64,000 nucleotides of DNA from Eledone cirrhosa (GCA_964016885.1 OZ024758.1:18290001-18354000); one strand, 5' to 3'. Shown: positions 13,505-28,095, numbered from the stretch's first letter. Notes: generated by a model not told the origin, from the sequence alone. Numbers and translations are program-made.

Positions 13505-13762
13505 CTGTGTGTGTGCGACAGCTCACACCTACGCAGGTTTAGCTGGCCTCCACCAAGGTATATCCCGTTGGAGGTGTCTTGCGTAATTTAATGATAGCGA
13601 CCCCTGTTCTATCATCTCATGTCTACAGCTGAGTAAACTAGAGCAACGTGAAATAAAGTGTCTTGCTCAAGGAAACAACACAACACCCGGTAAGAGAATT
13701 GAACTCACAACCTTTCTATTGCAAGCCCAATGCTCTAACCACTGGACCATGCGCCTTCACGT
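13505..13762 (-). mobile_element. tRNA-derived CORE-type SINE (OR1-like)
   Basis: Minus strand: gtgaaggcgcatggtccagtggttagag...gagttcaattc...ccttgagcaagacactttatttcacg; ends in a (CA)-rich tail. Confidence 0.8.
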
Positions 13763-13964
13763 ATCCCTGCCCTTTCATAATGCATATAGTTATATTATGT
13801 TGTCATTTGTAGGCCTTTCATTACATTTTGGAATGAGGAAGGGTTATTGTGAGCAACAACATAATTTTAAATTTAGAAAGTTATAGGAAGTTTGATTTGT
13901 GAGATGTGCAGTTATTTACACCAGTAAAAAATCACGTAAATATGCACATGATTTAATTTCAATA

Positions 13965-14414
13965 AAAAAGAAAATTGTGGTAGAAATATTTTTCAAACTC
14001 TATAACTGGCTCCACTAAAACGAAGGAAGTTTGGATAATGAACACATTCACAAGGATATAGTGCAAACGTGGAAGGGCCGATCTGCCACTCTCATTGCCT
14101 CTAGCTCTCTCGCGCCCCTCCCATCTCTCTGTATAGTGGGTAAATGGGGTCCCACATGCTGGCCTCCCCACTGCGCCAGCGGAAAGAATGGAGATGGTAA
14201 GAGAGATGGGCTGAAAGAGCCATTCTATCTCGCGAGGCTCACACATGCGGCTGGCCAGCTTAGCACCTATGGTGGTGAGTAGGGAGATGGCCCTAGGACT
14301 AAGGACACCAGAAGTCTCCACTACCAAGGGCACGACCGCAAACCTGTCTGAGAGCGACCGGTACTTGAAGAGATTTGCCTCCTCGGGCCGGCGTGCTGCT
14401 GAGTCTGGGTTACT
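13965..14414 (-). pseudogene. 3' fragment of a CRE-clade non-LTR retrotransposon (restriction-like endonuclease C-terminus plus UTR)
   Basis: Peptide AARRPEEANLFKYRSL...VPLVVETSGVLSPRAISLL..IG..L.....PREIEWLFQPISL resembles the CRE RLE pattern AA..AE..K..KY...P...ET.G.....L...G.PRE..WL.QR.S. Confidence 0.75.
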
Positions 14415-14499
14415 CAAAATCCACATCATAGAAATATGAATATTCTATTCAAGTGTCTTATTAAGTATATCACAGGAAAATAGCTGCTTACAATTAACA

Positions 14500-14580
14500 G
14501 AATATTTATTCATTTCAGTGAGAACTTTTACTAAATCAAATATTTATTCATTTCAGTGAGAACTTTTACTAAATCAAATA
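14500..14580. repeat. About 38-bp tandem duplication
   Basis: aatatttattcatttcagtgagaacttttactaaatca occurs twice in tandem. Confidence 0.9.
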
Positions 14581-15175
14581 TCTCATTACATTTTGTCGAT
14601 TGAACAAATTCATTTTAAATGGTCTCTTATTCAAGAAGTTTTAATATATAAACTCTCGCAGTTCCTAACGAGAACATGCATTAATAATTTTTAAAGATGT
14701 TACATTCTGAAATTTGCCTAATCGAAAAAGGTTTTTTTACGTCTACTGTTACACAAACATTATTTATTTATTATGCCTGTCAACAAAGAATTATTTTTTT
14801 CGTTATACTTTATTGTTTTTTACTGGTATTAAAAAAAAATTAGACCGAATAAATATTGCGAACACATCAAAAGAATATTTTCAAATAAATTGAAAACAAA
14901 AGATGAGAAATATTTAGAAGAAAAATTACTGGAAAATAAAATACGGCTTTGTGTTATCATTTTCGAAATTATTTCAATGACAAGTATCCTTCAAAACTAA
15001 TCTAATTAGTTTTCTATTTTCAAGCGAGTTGTTTGAGTGCTAACAAAAACGGAATATTTATAAAAAGAAAATAACCGTCCCCGCCCCATTTCGCTTCATC
15101 ATGTACACATAGTAAGTCTTATACTTTGTAGTTTACTATGTTATCAATTTTATTTACAGTAATAATAACAATAAT

Positions 15176-15345
15176 GATTTATAGTATAGACACACGGCCA
15201 GTAATTATTTTTTGGGTGAGAGGAAAGTCGATTAAATTGACCCCAGTACGTGACTTGTACATTATTTTATCGACCCTGTAAGGATAAAAGGCAAAGTTAA
15301 CACAGTTGGGATTTGAACTCAGACCAAAGCATGGGGTCCGGCCCT
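15176..15345 (-). mobile_element. tRNA-derived SINE (OR2-like variant), 5'-degraded
   Basis: Core ttttatcgaccctgtaaggataaaaggcaaagttaac and B box gatttgaactc. Confidence 0.75.
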
Positions 15346-15756
15346 TGACGACTATAATAGCGGAAATAATACAGAGATAAAAGGAAACAAATGAAGAAAA
15401 GAATAGGGAAATATGAGAAAAAGAGAAACGTGAAAAAGAAAGAAAAAAAAGAATGGAAGGGGAGGGGATTGCAAGGGGTCTGGCGTAGCACAAGCTGAAG
15501 TGGGGGATTGATTGGGCTTTGGGCCTAGGGTAAGTTGGCAGTTGTGTTGCGCCCCGAAGTCAAGGTTGCAAAAACATTCCCGCTGACGATGACCAGTGAG
15601 ACCCGCTGCCAGAGCCAATCAGCCAGTGAAAATAATCATCTTGCGAAAAGCCACATGAAGAAAACTTGACCGGGAATCGAACGCACTAAACATTAAACCA
15701 CCTGTCTTCAGACCCACATACACATACAAACATTGATAAATAAATAAACAAATATA

Positions 15757-15806
<50 letters not shown>

Positions 15807-15807
<1 letters not shown>

Positions 15808-15993
15808 CGAATACATGTGGTAAGGAACCAGATGGACCATAACGCACCAAAGTACTCAATACTTAGGTAGTAGAGTGGGTAATAGGAACGAGTAGGACCC
15901 CGACGGCTGAGCTCAAGCCGTTTCGACGGCTAATTCTAGTCCAGAATTAGCCGTCGAAACGGCTTGAGCTCAGCCGTCGGGGTCCTACTCGTT

Positions 15994-15996
<3 letters not shown>
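15807..15996 (-). mobile_element. Family B fold-back element
   Basis: Essentially perfect palindrome about 15882-15998 centred on attctagtccagaat, plus a ~75-bp tail with gtactcaatac; (TA)n both sides. Confidence 0.85.
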
Positions 15997-16052
<56 letters not shown>

Positions 16053-16105
16053 TAATGAAAACAATGAATAAAAAACAAAGAACAATTCCTTATATTAAAA
16101 AAATC

Positions 16106-16237
16106 ATCATTTTACGATCGTTTCTAGGATGTATATGTGTGTTGATATGTATATCATATAGATCTATGTAAAAATATTACAAACTATCAGAGGAAATATA
16201 CATACCTTCACATATATATGATGTCTTCAGAAATGAT
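16106..16237 (-). ncRNA. Type I hammerhead, second copy of the long-stem II family
   Basis: ATCATTT-CTGAAGA...GAAA-CGATCG-T-A-AAATGAT; compensatory stem I change relative to 11979-12133. Confidence 0.75.
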
Positions 16238-17426
16238 CATATATATATATATAACCCGCCCGTCTTCTCAATCTATTCTGTATGTCAGCGTGTGTATGAA
16301 TATATATTTATGTATGCGGTGCTATTCATGTCAACATATCTCGTATAGCATAGATTGTTAAGTTAAAGATGAATATATTTAGTAATTAATTGCTAATTGA
16401 CCATATCTGTTCGCTAAATAACAAAATATAAAGTCATAAGTTAATGAATATATTACAAAACAAATATACACGATTGATAAGTTGCAATTATCTAGCGAAT
16501 ATCTGTGTTAAAAACTTACGTTAAAAAGTTGAACCAACCTCTATGCTAGAGGCGTTATGGTATCATTGATGACAGTAAATTACTGAGAAACTCCTTCCTA
16601 ATTAGGCAGATAATTAAGAAGTTGTATCCAACTTATGAATGTATTTGGAATTTTGCTTGATATTGATTTGTTGGTTTTCATTATTTTGTCATTTCTGTTT
16701 AATTATTAGATTTATATTACCATTAATTTGTTCTGATCACCTTACATACTTAATCAGATTTTTCTTATTCTTCATTTAAACCTATCCTAATGAATCTTGC
16801 TTTATCCCTGATATACTTTTTCCTTTCTGTCAGATATTTTTCAATCGGTGAATCACCGTATGTCACTGACTTCTTTAACATTCATTGCCATGTATCTAGT
16901 TTATTTTACTGTATTCATTCTGTATTTCTCTTTCTTATTTCAGCAAATATCGATTTATCAATAAGACAACACGCGTTTAAAAACTCATAAAAATGTATAT
17001 TAGCCTCATACGAAACCCACTGCCTTGTACATGCATTCATACACATATTCGTACACACAAAGATACATACATATATATCTATATATGCATATATGTGTGT
17101 GTGTGTGGGGGGGGGGGGGTGTTATATATGCATGAGCATGTTCGAATTTGCGTTTGCTTTCTATGTCAAATGTGTATATGTGTTGCTATGCGAGATTTTG
17201 TCTGCATGCGTATATGTTGGACACAATGCATTGTAGTATTTTTATCTCTCACTGGCTCATTATATTTGAAATAAATGTAGCTGTTGATATACCAAATGTG
17301 AATTTTCTAAAGTGGAAATCATTGTTTCATTGACAGATTAATCTTCTATCTACAATTCTATGTTCTGATTCTAATACAAAATTGACATTATAGGCTTTGT
17401 AATATAATCATCTGGCAGGAAGGTAT

Positions 17427-17469
17427 ACGTTGTTGACGATAGCTAATAAGCTTGAAACTAGTACAGCGT
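17427..17469 (+). ncRNA. Degenerate type I hammerhead (C3U) in an element spanning about 17410-17760
   Basis: ACGTTG-TTGACGA-TAGCtaataaGCTT-GAAA-CTAG-T-A-CAGCGT. Confidence 0.6.
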
Positions 17470-17823
17470 TCCTTTGTCAGTGTTGAACAAACGAGCAACG
17501 ATGGTTGCTAGACACTACGGCTTAATACGGGATGTTTGTTTACAAACACACCGATCATTATAATAAATGTTCCGGGAATCCATACGTACATATATATATA
17601 TGTGTGCATGTATGTATATATATATATATATATATACTACTGTACGTCTGTATACATATATGTATGTACGTATACATACTTATATTTAAGTACAGCCGTA
17701 CTAAGAGTGGGAAATCAAATTTCGTTTCATTTTTTCCGTTTAATATATTAGTTTTTAACCATAAATAATTACATTATCTAATGAAGAAATGGCACCAAGG
17801 GCTCCAGATAAATGCCAGGTCTC

Positions 17824-17855
<32 letters not shown>

Positions 17856-18073
17856 TTCCATTTAACATATTATAAACAGGGAAACGTACCATGAATATCA
17901 ACCAATGTTAACCCCCAAATAGGAGAGATTTTAACACAATCTTTCAATCTTATGAATTTAGGAACGTGAATAATGTAATTGTGCATTGGCGTATTGTATC
18001 ATTCTATTTTTTTTTACATTAAACTTTGAAGTACCTTTGATCACACACACACACACATACACACACACACACA

Positions 18074-18147
<74 letters not shown>

Positions 18148-18316
18148 AACACAAGAACACAAATGAAGGGTTCATTCTAATGACGTGGCTATAAAATTGA
18201 GGCGTGTTTGCATAATTGCTAACGAATCGAATGTTATTATTAATATTCGAAAAACTCAGATTACATTTATATATAAATATATCAATTGATTAAGCAACAA
18301 ATAAAATAACTTATTG

Positions 18317-18379
<63 letters not shown>

Positions 18380-18568
18380 ATTATTAAAAAAATAATGAAT
18401 AAACAAAGAAACAGTTCCCTATATTAAAAAAAAAAAATTTTATTAAAAAAATGTTTTATTTTTCACCGAGAGTAGTTTTTGAATGCATCTTCTCTTTTCA
18501 TGATATCCGGATTACATTGAGTTCTTCATACGGATTGGACACTACCGTAAACGTTTGGTAGATGTTTC

Positions 18569-18656
<88 letters not shown>

Positions 18657-19135
18657 TAATATAGAGGGAGAGTGAGAGGGAAGAACAATAAGGGACAGCT
18701 GTATTGATAGATAGAATAGATATTTGTGGCTCCACGTCAATATACCGGATATGAACTCATAGAGCAGAGAGCAAGAATAAATACCGCAAAGCAGTATAAC
18801 CGATGCTCAAACGACTCTGCTAATTAGCCGTCTATAACATTCAATATTAGGACTGTGAGGTGTCCTACATTATATGTGCTATTTTAACTAATGTAGCCAA
18901 AACATTATAACTTTCGGCATACATGGTAAATTTTTCTTAATTTCAAAGTGGAATAACATACAGAGCAATAAGCACGTTTTTAATATAAACATGTATTTGT
19001 ATTTTAATCATAAATTGTTTGATAAACTAAAGCATCATAATAATACACATGACCAAAATATGGGGCTTTGCGAAATGTAGCAGCAATATACATATTATTG
19101 TTCTCTATATATAAAAAAAGTTATCATCACATATA

Positions 19136-19184
<49 letters not shown>

Positions 19185-19234
19185 AGTATGTATGTATACG
19201 TACATACATATATGTATACAGACGTACAGTAGCA

Positions 19235-19282
<48 letters not shown>

Positions 19283-19436
19283 CATACAGGTACACATACA
19301 TATATGCACGCATCAGTTTAGCGGACGCTTATTATAACGCCGCTTTGTTCGTTTGTAAACAAACTGAACAGCCTGAATTTATGCCATACGGTGTTAAGGC
19401 AACCACGTCACCTTTTTGTTCAACACTGACACAGGA

Positions 19437-19479
19437 ACGATGTACTAGTTTCAAGCTTGTTAGCTATCATCAGCACCGT
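19437..19479 (-). ncRNA. Type I hammerhead with intact core in an element spanning about 19180-19483
   Basis: Minus strand: ACGGTG-CTGATGA-TAGCtaacaaGCTT-GAAA-CTAG-T-A-CATCGT. Confidence 0.8.
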
Positions 19480-19481
19480 AA

Positions 19482-19524
<43 letters not shown>

Positions 19525-19525
<1 letters not shown>

Positions 19526-20181
19526 GTAATAATAATCAATTTGAAGACTAAAATCCAAATAGGGCTCGATAAGGATAAATATATATCAAATATATAAGAA
19601 CCGTAGAGCAAATAGTTATTAAAATAACAGATTAAAGTTTAAGCAAAGAATCGCTGCTTTCACCCTTAACGGGATCTTCTGAAACTAACAAAGTAAATCT
19701 GTAAACGCAGAGCTGGTTATTTCAAAAGACGTTGCAACCGGAGGAAGACAGGAAGACGATACTTTGGTTCGTGGAAACGTTCGCTGGCAAAGAACGGGAA
19801 AAAAACGAATAATGCGTCATTAATAGGAGCGGTGAAAAACAATTACGCGCAAAGATAGAACCACGTTTATGGTATAAAAGAGGTCGTAGACTAATGTTCT
19901 CTTAGGTGGTGCATAGAGACGTTCTCTGGCAATGAACGAAAAAACGAAGATAATACGTCATATGTGGACCGTGGAGAACAATAGCACGCCAAGACAAAAC
20001 CACGTAAATGGTATAGCAGAAGTCGTAGACTCAAATTCTAACTAGGAGACCAAATGAATCTCCGCTAAACGTTTTTTGAAATATCCATTTCTGCGTTTAC
20101 AGATTGACTTCGTTAGTTTCAGAAGATCCCGTTAAGGGTGAAAGCAGCTATTCTTTGCTTAAACATTAATCTGTTATTTTA

Positions 20182-20185
<4 letters not shown>
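19525..20185 (-). mobile_element. Family A PLE-like non-coding element with an inverted 3' copy at its 5' end
   Basis: Main copy 19525-20070 matches 39526-40070; 20075-20185 is the inverse of about 19617-19730; flanked by (TA)n. Confidence 0.8.
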
Positions 20186-20248
<63 letters not shown>

Positions 20249-20386
20249 TAGAGAGAGGGAGAGGGAGAGGGAGAATGATTAGGTATCGAGTGAGAGATGA
20301 CAATGGAAAGATGGGCATATATATATATATACATATATAAATATTATTTTTCTAAATATATTAGAAAAGTATATAATTTATATAAT

Positions 20387-20456
<70 letters not shown>

Positions 20457-20468
20457 ATTATATATGTA

Positions 20469-20501
<33 letters not shown>

Positions 20502-20574
20502 TTACATATATATATATACCTTGCTTGATTACATATTAACCATCTCACGTCTAAGGGTATGTCATGTATCATTT

Positions 20575-20642
20575 TACTTTATCTGATGAGGACGTACTAT
20601 TATATCTGATTCATGTACCTCTGAAATCTGTATAACAAAATT
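20575..20642 (+). ncRNA. Hammerhead-like motif, family E (partly degenerate)
   Basis: CTGATGA-GGacGTAC...GTACCTCT-GAAA-TCTGTA-T-A-acaaaat; homologous to 22521-22580 and 61591-61657. Confidence 0.55.
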
Positions 20643-20682
20643 TAATTGATCACAAGAACATCTATTTTATTAATATTTGAAT

Positions 20683-20713
<31 letters not shown>

Positions 20714-20763
20714 AATATATATGTAAATATATATACATATATATATATACTTAAATATATATG

Positions 20764-21133
<370 letters not shown>

Positions 21134-22053
21134 ATATATATATATATATATAACTTTTTCTATTATATATATCTTTATATATGTAACTTTTCTATACATA
21201 TATGTAACTTTTATACATATATATTACTTTTTCTGTTCGTATATTGCCGTTACTCATCTCAATAATTTTTGCATGCCTTTATTTTCTGAACGCAGACAGC
21301 AAATCTGAATGATTACAGAAGTGTATACTTTGCATACTATTTATAATGAATGCCAGGCACATGAGATTTAAAAGTGTCATTCTTAGACACTTCATTTATC
21401 TTAAAAAGAATTTCAAAATAGAAACCATAAAATAAATCGATACATTGCTTACATTTTAAAAAATGTTATCTATAGTCCTTTTTTTATTTTTACAAATTCT
21501 TAAATACATTCTTTATTTGTACTGACTAATATTTTATAATATATAGGCATGGTAAATTTTAAAATAATATAAATACAAGCAAATCTATACAAATAAGTTA
21601 GAATATATATATATATATATAGGGGTGTATTGCGTGTATGTACGTGTGTTTATATTTCATGTGAATTGAGATATGAATATATATTTATTATGTGTATCAA
21701 ACTTTGCACGTCTTGTTAAGGAAATACAATTTCCGAAGTATACTAAATGTATTAAATAATAATTTTAAAATAACATTTCATATTATATTTGTGTATAGAA
21801 AGGTTAAGAAAAGTGTGAACCGGAATCCACAGGTAATACGGAATGTAAAATTATGTGCACCACATGCAATCATAATCTTTCCTATATTGATATTGTTATT
21901 GTTATTGTTATAGAGAGTGTGTTGTATATTATATATATACATAACATATATGTGCGTGTCTCTGTGTCCATGTCTTCAGTAAAAGCGATCGGCTTGATGG
22001 TTAAAACTATGGACTTACCATTGTGAGGACTGTGTGTGTAGTTGTATGTGTAC

Positions 22054-22201
<148 letters not shown>

Positions 22202-22415
22202 CAGATGTGAGAAAAACCACAGACCCTCCATCTCAACTCACCTTTTGTAAAGCAAAAGAACTGCGAAACCGGTAAAGGAACCAAATAAATATATATATTT
22301 TAAAAAAAAATAAGACTCCAGTTGCATTTTCGATTTCATCTCTTTTTCTTTATACTTTCACTCGTGTAGGACACCTCGGTTATTTTTCATTTTGTAAAAA
22401 AAAACCTCACTTTCT

Positions 22416-22459
<44 letters not shown>

Positions 22460-22520
22460 CAATATTAATATTAAGAATATTAATGCATGGATAAATAAAT
22501 ATCTGTATAACAACATATTT

Positions 22521-22580
22521 CTTTCATTAGACATATTTCAAGGATACTAGATTATAGTATGCTTTCTTCAGATAAAATAC
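22521..22580 (-). ncRNA. Hammerhead motif, family E
   Basis: Minus strand: TATTTTAT-CTGAAGA-AAGcATAC...GTATcCTT-GAAA-TATGTC-T-A-ATGAAA; the element begins tgactgcc, as does the copy at 61531. Confidence 0.6.
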
Positions 22581-22686
22581 AATATTTGGTGTTAAGATTT
22601 TGACATACCCAGAGCGGGACCTTACAGCGTAAGCCAAAAATGGGCAGTCATATATGTATATTCATCAGCAAAGCATAACACTCATT

Positions 22687-22719
<33 letters not shown>

Positions 22720-22722
<3 letters not shown>

Positions 22723-23000
22723 TTATACTTGGGAGGGTCATATTGTTGTAATAATATTGCCAGAAATAATAAGAGAACACACTCACTGTTTGTTTGGTTT
22801 TCGCTTCTCTATCTTTTATATCTCCACAGTTAATTCATTCGGTCCTCAATGCTTACCATTGACTGACCAACGGTCAATACAGATATAATATAGATATAAT
22901 CACATATATATATAGTCTAACAAAGTCCTTTCGTTGCACACATGCAACATCATCAGTGGTACTATTATATTCCTCCTGTTGTATTATATATCAACGCCAT
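22720..23000. mobile_element. Family D (TA)n-inserted element with a minus-strand hammerhead core
   Basis: Homologous to 41005-41290; minus strand about 22925-22958 reads CA-CTGATGA-T-GTTGCAtgtgTGCAAC-GAAAGG. Confidence 0.7.
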
Positions 23001-23379
23001 TTTTATTTTATCTGTTTATTTATTTATTTATATTTATCTTCTCTGCGCATGCGTTTGCGTCTGGTGTGTATGTATAACAAGAAAGATAAACAAACCCCTT
23101 TAACACGTAATGTATTTTTTTTCTATTTCAAATTCTTTTTAATTGTAATATTCAACATTTGATAAGATGGTTTAAACTGATAGATCGAAACCAGTTATAT
23201 TGTATATATTTTATATACATTATAAAACTTCTTTTTTTTAAAGAATTGTTCCTTTCAATGTTTCAATAATGTCAATTTGACGAATCAAACAATAAAAAAA
23301 GAAAAACAGATCCTTAAACATATTTTCCGTGCTATTTCCAATTCCACTCTCTCTCTCTCATTCCCTCTCTCTCTTCCCA

Positions 23380-23466
<87 letters not shown>

Positions 23467-24279
23467 ATATATATATTATAAAAACAGGGAGAAAGAGACG
23501 ATTATAAGGATGAAACATTTATTTTTTCCTTTCTTGTTTCCCTCTCTCTTTTTTATATGTGTGTGTGGGTTTCAATGTGGGATTGTGGTTATGTTATCAT
23601 CATATTTCTTACTCTAACTCATGTGATACTAAAATAGATATTGCATGTGTTGTTTATTTAGTATGCATTTAGTATAATTAATATTGCTGAGAAATATATT
23701 TTTTTCTTTGTTTAGATCAAATGTTAGACCGTTTATATAGCATATGCTTAATGATATAAAGGAATATATTGATCACGTCTGTTTCAATACGGTCGCTTTA
23801 TGTCTACCAACCACCGATTATCATGCCACATAATAACAGATATAAATGATCTTCCTTCTTGATATATAATTCGTTTAAATATATGTTTGCATTTGGTCAT
23901 GTAATATTTTACAAGTGCTTATGTCATTGAAACTATATTTTCTGATATCTGAATCGATAATTGTATTTGTGGATTTCCTCTCAATTATAGTGTGATTCAT
24001 GAAAATAATGTTGCTTAAAGCATTTAGATTTTCAGCTAACTAAAATACGGGTTAGCATAATTTACATATATATATCAATTAATCTATATATAGCTACATT
24101 CTATATGAATATTATATTTATGAATTAATGCAATGCACCTGTATTATAATCATAACTATGTTAATAATCGTATATCTATATATACAATCCATGATGTTCT
24201 TATCGTCTGCTTACATATTTTTTCTAAATAATTGATCTATTAGATCACCTCTTACACAGAACTAAAATATATTGCAATA

Positions 24280-24332
<53 letters not shown>

Positions 24333-24985
24333 CTTCTGCAGGACTAAAACTGTATTATTCGAAGGATACAATCATATATATTTTTTTCTATATTTATTTA
24401 TTTACATGAGCATGCGCATATGTTGATTATCATTTGCATGTGTGTGTTTGTATTTCATTTGATAAAATATATTTTTATTTCTGTATTTATGTACCTCGTA
24501 TAGATAGTGTTCCGAACAACTCAATACTCAATGGTTAGTTCAATTCCAATGGGGTATTCTCTTGTATAGAACATATTATTCTACAAAACCGTATTTGTCG
24601 CATTAATATGCTAACAGGGTTATCTGCTATTTCATGTACCTCTGATTTATATGACATATCTGCGACGTAAATAATAATTCATAAATGTTTCGTTAATAAG
24701 ATAAGTTTCATCAGTACACGTAATAGAAATGTCTTTTAAGTAATGTCTTTTAGGTTGTCCAATTATACTTATGTTTAGAATATATTAGGCTGGAGTCAGG
24801 TTAATCCAGATTCTAATTACAATATTGTGTTCGCCTATTTCAAATGCTTTATTCCACATAAGCAGATTATCTAATGTTTAATTCTACTTTCCTTAACTTT
24901 ATTTCGATATAAATATTTTCGAGTGACATACATGAGCGTTGGAAATTAAAGGAAAAAATAAAAGATTGTTATTATACACATAATA

Positions 24986-25157
24986 GGGCGGTTTATTTGC
25001 AGTATCGGTAGAGGGTCGGACATACTTTCCCTTTACGATCTGAGTTCAAATCCCGCCGAGGTTAACTTTGCTTTCATGCTTACGGGGTCGATAAAATAAA
25101 GTACCAGTAATGTAATGGTAATTGCTCGCCTTGTCACAAATGTAGAAACAATTATTA
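24986..25157 (+). mobile_element. tRNA-derived SINE (OR2-like)
   Basis: Head, B box, core and tail all present. Confidence 0.85.
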
Positions 25158-26280
25158 TACACAGAATAAATTAATGCCGCATCATAACTCCAAACTGATT
25201 TAACAGGTTTTCCTAGAAATAAACATGCGTAAAAATGCGTATATTACCATATTCTATTGATTGGTATGCTAAAATATATATATTAAAAGAGGAATCTAAG
25301 ACGATTTTGGACAAATAGAGTAAAAATGCATCATCATCTTCTTCACCATCTATTCCAGAGAGGGTACTGAGAGCAGAGTCCACAAAAACGTCTTCCAGGG
25401 TGTCCTGTCAGAAGCAACCATTTTTCAACTGCAGTTTCTCAATTTTGTTTATTCGATATGTGTTATTTCTTTCAGTATTTGTAGAAAATACCCCAGGAGA
25501 GTTGGAAAGATATTAGGTATGTGTTAGAACTTGATATTGTAGCTGTTATTAAATCTCATGTTCTCTGATATTTGTATTACATTCGTTAATCCGTTAGTTC
25601 TCTATGATGTACCATATATAAAATATGATCTAAAGTATAGTTTAAGTAATATTCACAAACTTCAAGAACGTATATTACGTATGTGTTAAATAACATGTTA
25701 GAATCCAATAGACTGCAGCAAGGAGATAACGTTTGACTTGTTAAATGAAAACCGTTAAAAAACCACATTAAATATACCCTGACTTAGCAACAATCTCACA
25801 TACTGCATATTATCTAGGCATATTTATATTGCATGTGAAACCAGAAATCCTTTGTTCATCTATGAATATATTTACATAAATGTAGACCCTCAAAGGATAA
25901 CGTATCATTTCAAAGAAGAGAAGTAAGTGCAGGTAACATAATATAAAGCTTGCTACTTGTACGTAGTTAAATATATGCTTGTCACAGTATTCTCTATATG
26001 GTTTAGGCTTAAGTATTGCTCTGGGTATATGATATAAGGCTTTGCTTTATAGGGAGAAACAGACCAGCGCGTTGTAAATCTGAAATTAGTGATCGCAAAT
26101 ATCGTATATAATGGAAATCTTTATTCCAAAGTTGTACTATAGACGTCCGTTTATAAAGGTGTTCGTAGATGTATTTTTATTTCTATATCTTCCTTTGTAT
26201 AGGAAGGGTTTGCGAAACAATATGGGATGAAGTATCAAAAGGAAAATAACATTGATCATATAATTATGAGTGTATTGTTG

Positions 26281-26370
<90 letters not shown>

Positions 26371-26423
26371 GTAATATGTCTAATAAATCTTATTCATAGC
26401 ACCGCTTATTCTCCGTTTCTTAT

Positions 26424-26481
<58 letters not shown>

Positions 26482-26611
26482 AACGTTTATTGATTGGTGA
26501 TGTGCCTTTTGCTATTGATCAGCTCAAGGTTCGATCCGCATCGATCTGGCCAAACTCTGAAATCAAAAGCTCCTTTGAATTCTGCTGGTAACTTGACGTT
26601 ACACTCCCTGG

Positions 26612-27414
<803 letters not shown>

Positions 27415-28095
27415 TATATATATATATATAAAACAGTCAGGATCCCGACAGCTGAGCGCCGCCCGTTTTGAGTGCTACATCCTAACTGTACTACCATAAG
27501 TATTGTTTAGTCTCGTGTGTTATAGTCCTCCTGGTATCCTCGTATCTCACCGCAGCCTCTTTGTTATATATATATATATACATATATATACATATATATA
27601 TATACAGAAAAGTGGCTAGCACGTATTATTCAATCATTGGAATACTGGGTCTTTAAATATGACAGGGCAATAAAAACTGCGAATACAATGTTTAGGATGG
27701 TAATCTTTTTCTACAATCAGAAGCTTTGCTTTCCGATTCCAGCTAACGTCACATACATCTCTATATCTTTTCACATAGATATGAATGGGTGAGATTAATG
27801 AAGCTGTTGTAAAACATACTCTCCATTTTGACAAAACCGACCCTTCATTCGTAAGAATTCGTTAGTTTGTTCTTTAAGTGTATAATTTAGAATCTCTGAA
27901 GCAGAATAAACATGGTACACGAACAGAAAACAGATAATGGAATCAATGCATGTGTGAGATAGAGGTTAAAGCATTTTAGTGGGTAAAATAGTGTGGTTAA
28001 TTATAATAGATTTTAGTATAATAATTTACTGTGGTGTTGTATTTGTATTTGTAACATCGACGCAGGTATAATTGCATGCTTCTCTCTCTCTCTCT

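Noticed and set aside
15360-15715. Possible tRNA or SINE head on the minus strand (tggtttaatg...gttcgattccc)
   Set aside because: No cloverleaf and no second copy in the window; cannot be called.
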